Shown here: piece by piece, positions 1-11,783 of the stretch
Position numbering within the stretch: position 1 is the stretch's first letter
Layout: each line of letters opens with the position of its first letter
DNA from: Vezdaea acicularis
Lineage: Eukaryota
Direction of reading: 5' to 3'
DNA length: 24,083 nucleotides
NCBI GenBank assembly: GCA_026025075.1
Contig: JAPEUI010000076.1
Coordinates: forward strand, 62,001-86,083
Translations under genes and position numbers: made by a program
Notes under the pieces: model-generated
The model's input: only the letters and a program-made list of their open reading frames with translations
Database searches by the model: none
What the model was told of the DNA's origin: nothing

Positions 1-55
1 TAGGCCATGCAAAAGCGGTGGTGGCCAAGGCCAGCAGAGTAAACGAGAGTTTCAT
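1..55 (-). CDS. 5' end of a secreted protein (signal peptide), truncated by window edge
   Basis: The minus strand from ATG at 55 reads MKLSFTLLALATTAFAWP, a typical signal peptide (Lys, hydrophobic core, A-F-A cleavage site). The ATG has A at -3 (ATCACGATG), with a pyrimidine-rich leader and a TATA-like element upstream. Confidence 0.75.
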   Translation of the reverse strand, partial: MKLSFTLLALATTAFAWP

Positions 56-271
56 CGTGATGGCAGCAGATGAGGACAACCTTGAGGAACAAAGCTAGGA
101 ACGAGGCGAGCAGTGTTCAAGTATGGAAACGAAAGTGGTTGTAGAACCGTAGCGAGCGAGTTCTACACAAAGTGGAGAGGCTGGAGACGCAAGATAAGGA
201 GGTTGGGCTGCGGATGTACTGTACTATTGATCGTGGGCAAAAGAAGTGTGTGGGTCTGGGGGAGGGCGCCT

Positions 272-280
272 TCTATAAAG
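272..280 (-). promoter_or_regulatory. TATA-like element for the secreted protein gene
   Basis: TCTATAAAG (minus strand CTTTATAGA), about 220 nt upstream of the ATG at 55. It is an isolated AT island in GC-rich DNA, followed by a CT-rich tract on the minus strand. Confidence 0.45.
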
Positions 281-1700
281 GATGGCCGCACGACGATTGG
301 CCTCGATCGGGCAGTACCCCGGGCCACTCCATGACGCTGAGGTTGGTGAAGTCGCCCACATGTGTCTAACGTCACAGGTCCGGGCCAAAAGACACGGCGG
401 ATTGACTGATCTGCCCTCCTTCCCTCTGCCGGGGGAACGGTTGCACTGATGCGTTGGAGGTGGGACTGCGACGGGTTAGGGCTCGCGGCGACAAACGAAA
501 AAGAGCCCTCGCATTCACGGTGGCCGGATGGACAGGGATGGCGCGGGCTAAGGAAAAGCGAGAAAAGCCAAAAAAGATAGTGGCCGGTCCACGCCCCCTC
601 CCCCGGCCGATGACGATTGGCGCCATCACGCAGCCTGCAGGAACAGGGATGCCGCGAGCACAAACAGGCGAGCGCGGACAGGGCGACGAGCGGCGCCGAA
701 TGTGTTGCCTGGTAACTTAGCGGGGCACCACGGGCACCACTTGCCCAGCGCGCTGCTCGCTCCGCACGAACAGCGAGGAAGAGGCAAGAGAGCATGCGAC
801 GGCCGGTGCCAGCAAAAAAAAGAAAGTCTTTCTCGACGAGTGCGAACGGCTGCAGAGCTCAGGACACGAAAGCAAAAGAAAGGTTGGGTCGTCGGCCGCA
901 TGAGCACCCTTCGCCATGTTTGCGTACGATGAACCATGATTTGCGTGGCTGTTTTCGTCAGATCCTTCGTACACAGTACCCTCGACGGCGATCGCCCTTG
1001 CCCGCATCGAACGCACTCGGATCCCACTCCTTCAACGGGGCACGGCGGGGGGTCCGGAAAGTCACTCCAGCAGAAGCCTTGGAGGCCGGCTGATGGAGGG
1101 ACCTAGGTACGATGCCGGTACCAGCGCACGACGACGCATCACTCTCGACGAACGGGTCTCGCGTTCGACTTTCTTCAGCCTCACGACACCGTCTTGTCGT
1201 CCAGAAGCAGTACTTTCGATAGTTGCGTTGTGCTGCTCCCTTCGAGACGATGGAAAGTCCCTAGCGGATGTCTCACCAAGTCACCATGGAGTACCTTATC
1301 GGGGTTTCCTTCTGGCCGTGAAGATGGCCGGAGGCTGGTGGGTGAGACGGCGAATGGATAATCGCACGGCTTGGCTTCACCCACATGCGGCGCTGCCCCG
1401 TTGGGCGACTGGCAGCGCCGGAACTGCAGTCGTGGCGACGGGACTCCACGCAGCATGATGAAGAGATGAGAGACAGTGCAAGGAAGAAGCTCTGATCGCG
1501 GCCAATGGAGGGCCGGCGAGCTGGTGCAGTTGCAGGAAGCGGAGAAGGGTTTCCGCCAACGACCGTCCCCCAACGCCGAGTGACGATGCACGAGTGCATG
1601 AGAGCTTCGGCGGCCCGATGTAACACCGCCCGACGCGATAGGCTGAAGCCGGCTGGATAGTGTGGCGAGATGTGGGTCCCCGCACGAGAAGGCAGGGCCG

Positions 1701-1730
<30 letters not shown>
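1701..1730. repeat. (GA)n microsatellite
   Basis: (GA)10 GC (GA)4 read directly from the sequence. Confidence 0.95.
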
Positions 1731-1731
<1 letters not shown>

Positions 1732-2658
1732 CAAGGCGTAAGCACTGCAGCTCCCATCCTGGATGGCAGGGAAGGCAGCAGGATGGAGCAGTGCGAGGGC
1801 GAGAAGCAAAGCTTGGTGTTGAGTTGCGGATGGCTGGGTGTGGTGGTCCCGTGTGTGGCACCCACGGTGCTCGAACGTTTGGCGAGGAGAAAGCACAGGG
1901 CTGTGGACGGTGGACCCGTGGATCGGCGTGTCTGGCGACGAGGGCCGCTGCCAGTAGCGTGAGAAATGGTGCTGACCTAAACATAGACGCCCGGGGGACT
2001 CGCCTGTTTTCTGACTCGCTCAGTCGGCGCACCGGCCCCCAGCGCTAGCGATTCCGCCCCTCGATTTTCCGCCGGCCTCCTCGGGTGCGCTCTTCTAGCA
2101 GCCGTTGCGCGATAACGGTACGGGCTCCGCTCCGTTCACGCTGCCCCGCCCCCAGCCTCGGACCAAGTCGAGCATATCCACGGCCGGAGACGAGCCCGTC
2201 GAAACCCAATCTCATCGGTCAAGCCGGCGTTGGGTACTCCGACGCATTTCTATCTCGCGTTCATAACTTCATTGAATGCCAGCTTCCACGCTCTGAAACG
2301 TGGAAGGGATGGTACCTGTGATGGCAGCCAAGAGAAGAGTCCGCGGCGGTCGAGTCAACGTGGTCGCGCTAGTGGTGTGCGAACTTTCCTGCTCGACACG
2401 AACGAATGGCTGGGCAGGATCGGCCCTCCCAAGCCGGCAACAACTCGCGAGACCCACCCCTCACGTACACAGTCGTGGACCCTTCCTCCGTCCTGCTCGG
2501 GCGCGCATCAACGCATCAACCGCATATCTCCTAGTGTTCACGACAGAATGCCACGGAAGGGCTGTGCTAAGGCCTTGAAAAACAAGCCGCACCGCAACTT
2601 TCGCTTGGCGGATCTCGAGCCTTCGGATCGCCGGATCAAGCCAGGGAAAGAACGTTTT

Positions 2659-4638
2659 TCAATCATCATCGCTGTCCGAGCCACTGTTCCAGCCCTCCTC
2701 GTACGCCTCTCGAATCTCACCGAGTCCGTTGATCAGCGCCTCGCGCTCGTCGAGAGGTGCCAGGCGCTGCATGAGCCGCGAGGTGGCCCGAAGGTGCTCG
2801 GCAACCGATGATGTCGTGGACAGCAGCGTGCGCACCGCGGCGGACGTAGGATGGCCCCCAGCTTCCGAGAGAAGGTGTGGGGCACTATCGAGTTGTGGGT
2901 AGCGAAGGGTGGTGCAGTATCTAGACGACGTGTAAGCCCATGGACGTAAATACGAGCTTTTGCTGGGCGCGGGAAGGAAAAGCACGGAAAATCGACCAAT
3001 CGGCGGAGCTACGACCAAGAACTGTGGAGCTCTTTATTGTTCCCAGCAGTCCACCATGCATAGACGAAGAAGCTTGCTCACCGTTGAATGACCGGCAGGC
3101 CTGCGGCTCGGTTGCGCTTTTGCTCTTTGCCGTCCCTTACCTCAGTCTCAGACGGATCTATTCCTCCTCGAGTCATGATTGTTGCCCCAAATACATGCGC
3201 TGCTTTAAGCCCTTGCTTCCTTGTAACCACTTGCTCCGGGGAGAAGTGGATCTCGTCGTCTGCAGTTTGACTGGAAACACCCAAGGATCCAGCTAGGTCG
3301 TTGTGATTCGTCGAGCGTCTGCGAGGTAGTCTCTGATCCTTAACCTTGGACCCATTTCTTGGCTGCTCCTCGTCAAGAGAATCTGAACCTGTCACGCTTA
3401 AAGCGAGGTTGGCTATGTTCTGATTGCCATTGGTGTTGATGATCGCCTCCATACCTCCTAGGCGTTCCCGCATGCCGTTTAAACCTCGAAGGCGTGATGG
3501 CATGGTTGCGGTCTCAAGCGCTATGGCCAGCAAGGCAGAGGTGTACCATTCTGACTCGCGGATCATTGAGACATGTGATGGTATCCGAGGAGGCGGTGCC
3601 ACCATGGGAATATACATTGATGCTAGAGGGGAGACTTCGTACGTAGTCTTCGCAGCGTTCAAGGCCTTCACATTTTGCTTCTCCTGACTAAGTTAGCAAC
3701 TTCCTCTTGACTCGAAAGGGGAATGCGTTGTGGCGAATATGTTCACGGCCCTCAATGAAGGGTTCGTTGGAAGATACAAAGACACTTACACGCCGTTCCT
3801 GCTTCCCGTCCTCTATGCCGAACACCCAAATGCTAGTCTTACCAAACTCATCTCTCAGCCGATCCATGTACCGCGCAGAGAATCCACCCCATGCATCATC
3901 AGCACCTGTTATGAGCTGCAGACCCTGCATCTGATCACATTCCTCGGCGAATGGTCTAAGATCTCGATCCAGTAAGTCGTGTTCCCTGTCTAAGGATGCA
4001 AACAGTTCGTCTCCGGCATCCCACTTCTCAAAGGGCATGAGAGATGAGTTAAGCTCGTATTCATTGAGCTGCACAATCGATCTCGGGTGATAGTAGATCC
4101 GATTAAAGTCAGACCAATACTTCACGGTTTCAGGAGACAGCGCCGGTGGTGTCAATCCATCTTCAAGGCTTCGTTGATACGAATTCAGCTCTATCGAGGG
4201 CTGGCTTTGGATTGTAGTAGGCCCATCCCTATGCCATCCATAATTCGGTATGTCAGCCCAGAGCGTCTTGTGAAGTTACTCAGAGCGAGATCTTTGCTCA
4301 ATGATCCTTACCATAGGCCCTGGGGCATAGCTTGTCCTTCCTGCAGATCATAGAGGGCGTTGATCTGTTTTAGTGTCCCGAAACCTCCTTTGAGATCGTA
4401 GATGAGAGTCCTCGGCGTGAATGTTTCGGATCCGTCAGCTCCAATTCCAGGTCTAAAGTGCACATCATGATCCACAGGTGATTCAGGTTCACCAGGGTAT
4501 GTGAAATATGATTCCTAATATATCTATTAGGATTTGGTGTATCACCAAAAGAGCCAGGAAACAGACTTGAGTATTCCAGAAGTGGGTCGCTATGTAGTTA
4601 CTCCGCTGGCCTAGCTGGACTGTAATTATTTCATGCAT
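2659..4638 (-). CDS. DML1: DML1/Misato tubulin-like protein (mitochondrial distribution / mtDNA inheritance), 5 exons, about 525 aa
   Basis: Exons 4638-4567, 4514-4312, 4228-3790, 3683-3082, 2920-2659; all introns GT..AG and frame-consistent (1578 nt). Motifs [80 protein letters not shown]-terminal [14 protein letters not shown]. Confidence 0.93.
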
Positions 4639-5686
4639 TCTTGGCACCACTATTGCTTTCACATAACCGCTCCTGAACCAGCTTGTTGAAGGGAATGCAC
4701 GATCTTGTCTAATGAGCAAGGCGACGAATATTCATCGCAAGCTGCACAAAGCCTAGCTTGCATATGCTTGTCTCAGATTTTCCGGTGAAAAGACGGCCGG
4801 ATTCCCCGGCAGACTTCAATGCAAGGGGTGAACTTGCAGTTATGATGACATCATCTTCTGCAAGATCTCTTTAGAGCCGTTAAAAAAGGATGCGTGAGAT
4901 ATTACAGTATCAAGATCCTGATGACACTATGGTCTATTGCACTTGGAAGAAAACCAATATGCTTTGGTGATTCAAAGTCTTGGCGGTCCTATCCTTGACC
5001 ATGTGACGAGCCGTTGTCAACTTCCCTCTCAATCAATGTTATCCTTCACAGTCCCCATTGCGTTTGTAAAGTCTCCAATGCTGGCATATCAAAAGTGTTT
5101 TAACACAAGCTTACTCCATTGCGCATGGGAGAGGGTATTCTTGTTGAATTCTCAACATCTCATCTCCTATTTGTCTATGTACTCTTCGTGGACCCAGGAT
5201 TTATAGACATGAGAGTAAGCATTTCTTTAGTCTCTTAACTCTCAGGTTGGCCTGACACTATACGTGTCCGCTGAGCCACAACATAACGGGCATAACGAAG
5301 CTTGTCGTCGCCATATCATGAGATGTGAATAAGATGAGAGCAGGTAGGATATTCATAAGAATCAGTCCCTGGGGACCATTGATTCACTTATGTTGGAGGC
5401 CATGATAGTGAGCGTCTCATCAAACCTTGGTCTCGGATAGTACGTCCAATATTATCAAGCCATTCTGTTCTATGCAGTACATCAAACTCATCTCACGGAA
5501 GACAGTGAATAGTCTTCTTAAGAGAAGATGTTATCCTCAACAATATTCACTGTACTTTTCTATTGAGTTATAGCCCACATCTGACATGTGGATGGATCGC
5601 TTGTTTTACACAGTCACGACAATCTTTTCAAAGCTTAAATAGGCTCGAAGATTGTTAGGGACCCTATTTACTAAAACTTCAAAGTA

Positions 5687-7202
5687 ATGAAGTCTATACT
5701 ATTATTCTTCTCCTTTCTTATTGGCCATACCGCAGCTCAGGATTACCGCACGATATTGCATTTTATCTTCGGCGATATCCAAACATTTCAATATGTTATC
5801 AACCCTATCCCGCATACAGACGGCTCTGGGAGGGCAAACCTACTTCCCGCATCGGAATCGCTCGGCACATTGGTGGGGAGCTGCTACCCGTATTGTCATT
5901 TACCTATGGATGCTGGAAGCAGTAAGTTACGCCGTTTCCCATTTTCGGGATCGATATAAAGATGATATAGTGATTTGTGGCCTTAATGCGTCAAGGCTCT
6001 CCACCGAGCCGATTCATGACGGTAACCGCGATCTCCCAATTTTTGATCAAGAATGCTGGTGTCTTCCAGAAATTATGGAATATACACCAAGATGTATCTG
6101 GTGCTTGGAGCTTGCAAATCTGCTTCCCCAGGCTCAGTCGATTCTAGCCAATGCATACGACCTTTGTCTACCACCGCCTCTATCCTTAGTCCCGTGCCCC
6201 AACAGTTGTGGAGACCTGAGTCGGTATCTCCAAACGACGGTCATGTCATGCCAAGAGAATGCTACAACCACAGAAGCGTACAATGCTTGTTCCTGTGCGC
6301 CAGAACTTCAAGGCTATGTGGAGAATTGCTGGTTCTGCCTTCTTGGGTGGAACCAGGAAGCTGCAGAAAAGGTGTTGATTCCTTTCCGCGGCTGTCCATC
6401 AAATTTGACCTCCCCTGATCGGTTTGGTAAGCCTATCACTATTGGGCCAGATGGCTCTGTAGCGACTGTCACGGCGACAGTCCAGCCTACAGCAGCCCCA
6501 ACCTCAACTCCTACGGTTGTGGTGGTTCCAAAAGTGATAGTGTCAGGTCCTATCGCTGATGTGCAGATAAGAGAACAATCGAGCAATGTCTTATTTACCT
6601 ATACTTATGCGACTCAATCTTTGAGCACCTCCACTCAAGCATCGTCCTCACCTTCCTTGCCGATCCATGAATATGCAACAGGGAGGGTGACCAACGCGTC
6701 AATACTAGCAGACATTTTGTACGAATCCTACCTGGCGATACTAAACCCACCGTCAGCGCCACCTATGACAACTCTCGTGCCTACGACCACGAGCACGACC
6801 ATCTGGCAGGCTACTACAATCCATCAGACACTACCCTACGAGATTAATAGACCACCTATGGCACAGCCTCCGACTGTCACATCTATATGTCAACTCGGAT
6901 ACGACTTTGGAAACATTGTCTACACTGATAATTGCAATCCCACCTCAACACATCTGAAGACAATTTCTACGCTGCCGGTAGAGTCCCTCTCGTATCCGCT
7001 TTTAGGGCTTACTCTTTCGGCTAGACAATTGTCTTCAACTTCACCCTTGTTCGGTAAAGCAACATTGGAAACTCAGCCAAGCATGCTTGGAGTTAGACAG
7101 ACCTCTTCAGGCTCGCAGAGAATGGACAGCAGCTTGAAATATCTCTATCGTGGGGGATTTGCTGCTTGCATATATTTCCTTGGTCTATTCATGAATATCT
7201 AA
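5687..7202 (+). CDS. Secreted Cys-rich (two CFEM-like 8-Cys modules), Ser/Thr-rich, probably GPI-anchored cell-surface protein, about 488 aa
   Basis: Exon 1 (5687-5921) has a signal peptide MKSILLFFSFLIGHTAA/Q. A GTAAGT...TAG intron at 5922-5970 joins it in frame (A|TG ATT TGT) to the long ORF ending at 7202. A Thr/Ser/Pro-rich stalk and hydrophobic C-terminus (GGFAACIYFLGLFMNI) follow. The intron branch site is weak. Confidence 0.72.
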
Positions 7203-7941
7203 ATATGGGCAAACATGCTGTGCGCCATTATGAGGTTGGGACCTGGTGCTGGAAATGTTAGGGCCGGAGGAGCTCAAGGTACTTTAGAACAGCTACTCCA
7301 TCAAGTCTCATTCCTAAGAAAAGTTCCCACAGAATTAAGGAATCACAAAGATAATAGAACTTGGCATGCCCGAAGGCTGCAATAGAGGATAGCTAGTAAG
7401 ATCTTAGATGCCAAGAGTGATGCTATTCCATGGCTCCATGGTGAAAAGCAATTGAGAAAGAAGTGGAATGGCTAATTACAGAAGCGTCGCATGAATAATA
7501 ATGAACGGCAGAAACCTTGAATATTTGAGATTTGATGAATGATTCCGACTCCTCTGTTGATCAAACAGGCTCCATCTAAGGTAGGATGGAGCGGACAGGC
7601 TACCCACTTCTCCTGAAGCCGTGGTCAATTGTACCGCTTGTGGGTTGATTGAGGATTGCACTGTCGGCTTAAACTCCTGCCCCAGCGATCGCGTCGAGTG
7701 GTGATGATATTGTAGCGTTAAGCGAGGCCAGGAGGTGTTCGCCCCTACAATTGTGTTAGGCCCATAGCAACCACTAACGCGCTCGCTAATCCTGGCACGT
7801 AAACAAATGGCCATGCATTAGGCCGCACGTTCCACTTAACACTTGAGCAAGAAATACCAACCACAGACTTCGGCGATTCCGAAAACCTACAGATTCGTAT
7901 CGATCGCGGCGCACAGCTTGGATTATATTGTATAAAGCTTC

Positions 7942-9652
7942 ATGGACCCGGTCTTCAAATACCCCGCCTCTCCAGGCACACCGCTTCACCCTATTTCGCC
8001 AGAGCGGGCGAATATACAGAGGACGCCACATCAGACGGCAAGCGTCCATTGGAATATTCAGAGCTCGCCTTCTTTACCAGATATTCTCAGTAGCGGCAAC
8101 TTACCAGAGCGTCTACGGTCACAAGCACGTACAGAGTCAGAAGTCTTGAATAAGGTCGCAAAATTCGATTCACTCAGCAAGGATGCCTTGGACAGGAGAA
8201 GAGCGCACGAAGCTGCACTGAAGAGGGCTGTGCTAGGAAGGGAAGAAGCAGAGGATGAAGTTCGCCTTGCCCGAGATGAGAGTCGACGACTGAGAAAAGA
8301 AATCGAAGATGGAAAGGCACGCGAGAGGAAGGTGGGGGAGAGACTCGAGGCATTGATGGTGAGTCAGGAGATTCTTAGCTACACTATAAAGCTTTCTTCT
8401 AACAAACGGTCAGGAGGACTTACAACGCGAGAAAGAAACAAGCAAAAAAGTCGCAGCATATAAGAAAGCTTTTCAGACAGTGCAGAAGGAAGCATTCAAA
8501 CGCTTCTCCACCTGCACACAGCTTCAAGAAGAGCTCAAAGATACGAGACAGCGCTACCGAGGGCTACAAGTCGAGCTAGAGCAGGCTAAGATGCAAACGG
8601 AGAAGCATGAGCAAGACGCTTTCGCGGCGAGGTACAAGATTGTGGGCGTAGAGCAAGAGCTAGCTGAAGTTCGAGAAAGGGTGAAGGTTGTCGAAGAGGA
8701 GCGAGACTCGCTGAAGATGACTTTGAAAGAGGAAGAGGTCGCGCGTATTGCTGCGGAAGGACGGATAGCCCTGCCAGTCTCCCGAGATGGTGAAGATAGA
8801 GACGCAAGCCCAAGGGAGCTAAGGTTTCCTTTGCAAGGACAACAACTGCAAGTCGAGGCTGTTGAAGAGGACGGATCTTGGCCAATTGAGCAGCAGCTAG
8901 CTTGGGAACAGGCGCAACGTTTGAAAGCCGAAGATCTTGTGGAATATATGAAGATGGAGTGCCAATTCAAAGCTTGCTCTTGCCGCATGGCCGAATTAAG
9001 TGGAAAGGCCTACGTTTGCGACGACTCCGCCATTAGCCTGATGGAGCCTATCTTGGAAGAGATGGAGCAAGCTCATGCACATACCAAGGGATCTGATGAG
9101 TCTGCCGAGCAACAAATAGCTACAGAGATGCTGCGTGCCGAGTCACGAGTCGCTTTTTCCGAAAGCACCGGTACATTTAAGGCATTCACGCCAGCCCGTG
9201 GCCGAAGTCGACCAGACGCTATATCGACCCGTCCACCTCCAGCTACAACCGCATCCGCTCCCGCATCTGCAGATATTCAGGATGAGACCTCCCTCCTCTC
9301 TTTGCTCGCCGCACCGATGATGAGAGAAGATTCGGTTCAGCCTGCCCACCCCCTCCCACCTACCCCTTGCGATTCACGGCAAGGTACTGCGCATCAGCGT
9401 TCACGCACTATCTCACACACAACTACTGTTCCACTTGCACAAGTAGACGCGCCAAACTTCTTATCACCAAGAACGATGAGTCGAGAAGAGGCAATCGCGC
9501 AGATTCGACAAAGGCAGCAACAATCACATATGAGAAGTAAGAGTGTCGCCAATGGAACGATGACACCAAGGAAGCCAATGGGAAAGCCAGATGAAAGGAG
9601 AGATATCAGCGCGCCTGCGGTAAGAGGCATTGGGAGGAGAGAAGTGAGCTAA
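7942..9652 (+). CDS. Fungal coiled-coil protein of unknown function, about 551 aa
   Basis: Exons 7942-8358 and 8414-9652; the intron GTGAGT...CTAAC...CAG joins two long ORFs in frame. It has a long E/K/R heptad region (AALKRAVLGREEAE, LKEEEVARIAAEGRIALP), a MKMECQFKACSC motif and a disordered S/T/P tail. Confidence 0.85.
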
Positions 9653-9991
9653 AGAGGCAAGTATTCGTGGTATATAGAGGCAAGGCAGGGGAAGAAAGGA
9701 GGGTTGCTTTAACTTTGCAGCTGCATTCCTGGTGAACCGGTTATTTCTTGCTCTTGGATATGAGCTGATTAGTACCTGAATTGTCAATATGCTTCGATAC
9801 CTTTGTTGTGATACTCAGTACTCGGCGTATGCTTCTAGTATTTAAGAGTCAACCGATGTTTCACAGTGCCACACAGAGCCTCTTGTTTTCATTTGGTGAT
9901 TTTAACTTCCTTTGGCAGGCCATAAGTGCTCTGTAATGCTAGAGTTGTGATATAAGGAACAAGCCATGCCCCCACCAACCCTAAAGGACAT

Positions 9992-10785
9992 CTACCGATT
10001 ACTCTTTGCCACACGCTCCAACTCGTCCTTCTTCTTGATAGCGTACGAATTCGAGCTCCCCTTGGCCGCGTTGATCAGTTCCTCCGCCAAACATTCAGCT
10101 ACGCTCTTGACGTTGCGGAAGCAGGCTTCACGAGCGCCGATGGTAAGAAGTGCGATTGCTTGGTTGACACGTCGTAGAGGAGATACGTCGACGGCTTGAC
10201 GACGGACGGTACCTGCGGATCCGATACGGGTGCTATCTTCTCGGGGACCGCAGTTGACAATTGCATCGACTGTGACTTGGAGGGGGTTTTGGTCGGTCAT
10301 GATGTTGATCTATCATTGCATGTTGTTAGCAAAGTTCTACATAGCTGTCAATCCGTCCCAGAAGCTGGCCCGAGTAGCTTTTTCAGGAAAAAGCTGAGGC
10401 TACTCACAATCTCGAAAGCATGTGCTACGATTCGGACAGCCATCAACTTCTTGCCATTGTTCCGGCCGTTCATCATGAGGGAGTTGGTGAGACGCTCGAC
10501 AATTGGGCATCCTGCCTTGCGGAATCGCTTGACAGAGTATCGACCTGCAGAATGGGGAATGTATACTGGTGACCGTATATGTATGTAATCACTATTTCCA
10601 AGTCAGCCAAGCACTTCTCGCTCAAGTTTGGGTGAGAAGCCATACGTGAGAGAGATATCGCGAATTTCCACATCATCGTAACTCCACTTATTGAAGAGCT
10701 TTACGCTGCCAAGCTCGGCGGTCACATCCTTGGGGAGAACAGTGAAGCTGCTCGGGTCCTCGAGCTGAACCTCGACTTCAGACAT
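9992..10785 (-). CDS. RPS5: 40S ribosomal protein S5 (uS7), about 213 aa
   Basis: Exons 10785-10646, 10591-10408, 10309-9992. Motifs [77 protein letters not shown]. Confidence 0.98.
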
Positions 10786-10993
10786 GATGGCGATAGGATA
10801 TCGTGGTAAAGAGAGGAATGTTATTTAGAGCCGCGATTTCGAATGTGGGAGGTTGCGGGTCCGCCAATGAAAATTAAGCGAACTCGGCCGCCAGTGTGCC
10901 CTCAAGGGCTAAACCCATCGCTAAGTCCCCTCCACGATTATTCGGCGACACTTTTCAAGCACTCATCAAAAGCATCGATTCATCACATTCAAG
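10786..10993. promoter_or_regulatory. Bidirectional promoter shared by RPS5 and RPS25
   Basis: Only 208 nt separate the two divergent ATGs. Central inverted repeat GCCCT-CA-AGGGC at 10898-10909; TGAAAATT (RRPE-like) near 10868. Confidence 0.75.
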
Positions 10994-11462
10994 ATGGTAT
11001 GTTGACGAACTTCTGTATAAAATTCGGCAATGAGAGCAAGTAGACTCTAATATCCCTCGATAGGCACCAGCAGCAGGCGCCAAGAAGCAGAAGAAGAAGT
11101 GGTCGAAAGGCAAAGGTACGAGCGTAGAGTTCCAAGCAGGTATAAAACCTATCAATTTAATCATAAATTCACAGTTAAGGACAAGGCACAGCACGCTGTC
11201 GTCCTCGATAAGTCGACCTCCGACAAACTCTACAAAGATGTCCAGTCCTACCGGTTAATCACGGTGGCAACGCTCGTCGACCGTCTAAAGATCAATGGCT
11301 CGCTCGCCAGACAAGCCCTGAAGGATCTTGAGGAGAAGGGCCAGATCAAAAAGGTCGTGGGGCACAGCAAACTAAGCATATATAGTATGTTCGACTCAGC
11401 TCTGCTAAAAATCACCGAACTAATAGTTTCTCTCAGCACGAGCGGTTGGAGCACCAGAATAG
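10994..11462 (+). CDS. RPS25: 40S ribosomal protein S25 (eS25), about 96 aa
   Basis: Exons 10994-10996 (ATG only), 11064-11115, 11175-11384, 11437-11462. Sequence MAPAAGAKKQKKKWSKGKVKDKAQHAV...LVDRLKINGSLARQAL...IYTRAVGAPE. Confidence 0.97.
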
Positions 11463-11783
11463 TGGACTTTGTTGACTGGTGATGGCGGACGGATTGACTG
11501 GGGCTTAGCACACATACTTAATCCATTTTGCAATGTCAAATCGGATATCCCCATTGGATTACGTGATATATTGGAGTGTCTACTAGTGCTCGGCATCGTG
11601 GGACCAACCGCAGCCATATCATACGTCTTTTGCGGATCCTCATCTTTCCGCTCAAAAGGCGGGGGTCTGGCGCTGCTAGCCTTCCATGTCTTGGAGTTTT
11701 GAATATGGGTTTTCAATTGGGATTTGCATATCACTAAGCCATCCTCAACTAAAGTATTTCAAGCCTCTACGATAAAGCACGCC

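Noticed and set aside
372..412. Short resemblance to 18S rRNA (CAGGTCC..GACAC..GGATTGAC); likewise CATCGATGAAGA (5.8S-like) on the minus strand near 22211-22222
   Set aside because: Matches are only 7-12 nt with non-matching flanks; not rRNA fragments.
113..2811. Many overlapping 60-283 aa ORFs on both strands
   Set aside because: No recognisable motifs, low-complexity R/P/S/A composition and microsatellite-derived translation; expected in GC-rich non-coding DNA.
2921..3081. Long (161 nt) last DML1 intron with an internal CAG at about nt 60 and AATAAA
   Set aside because: The internal acceptor lacks a branch site and gives a stop within four codons; no supportable snoRNA or nested-intron structure.
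4842..4921. ATGATGA ... CTGA spaced about 80 nt apart (C/D snoRNA-like)
   Set aside because: No convincing terminal stem, internal C'/D' boxes or rRNA guide of 10 nt or more that I can recognise; would need snoscan.
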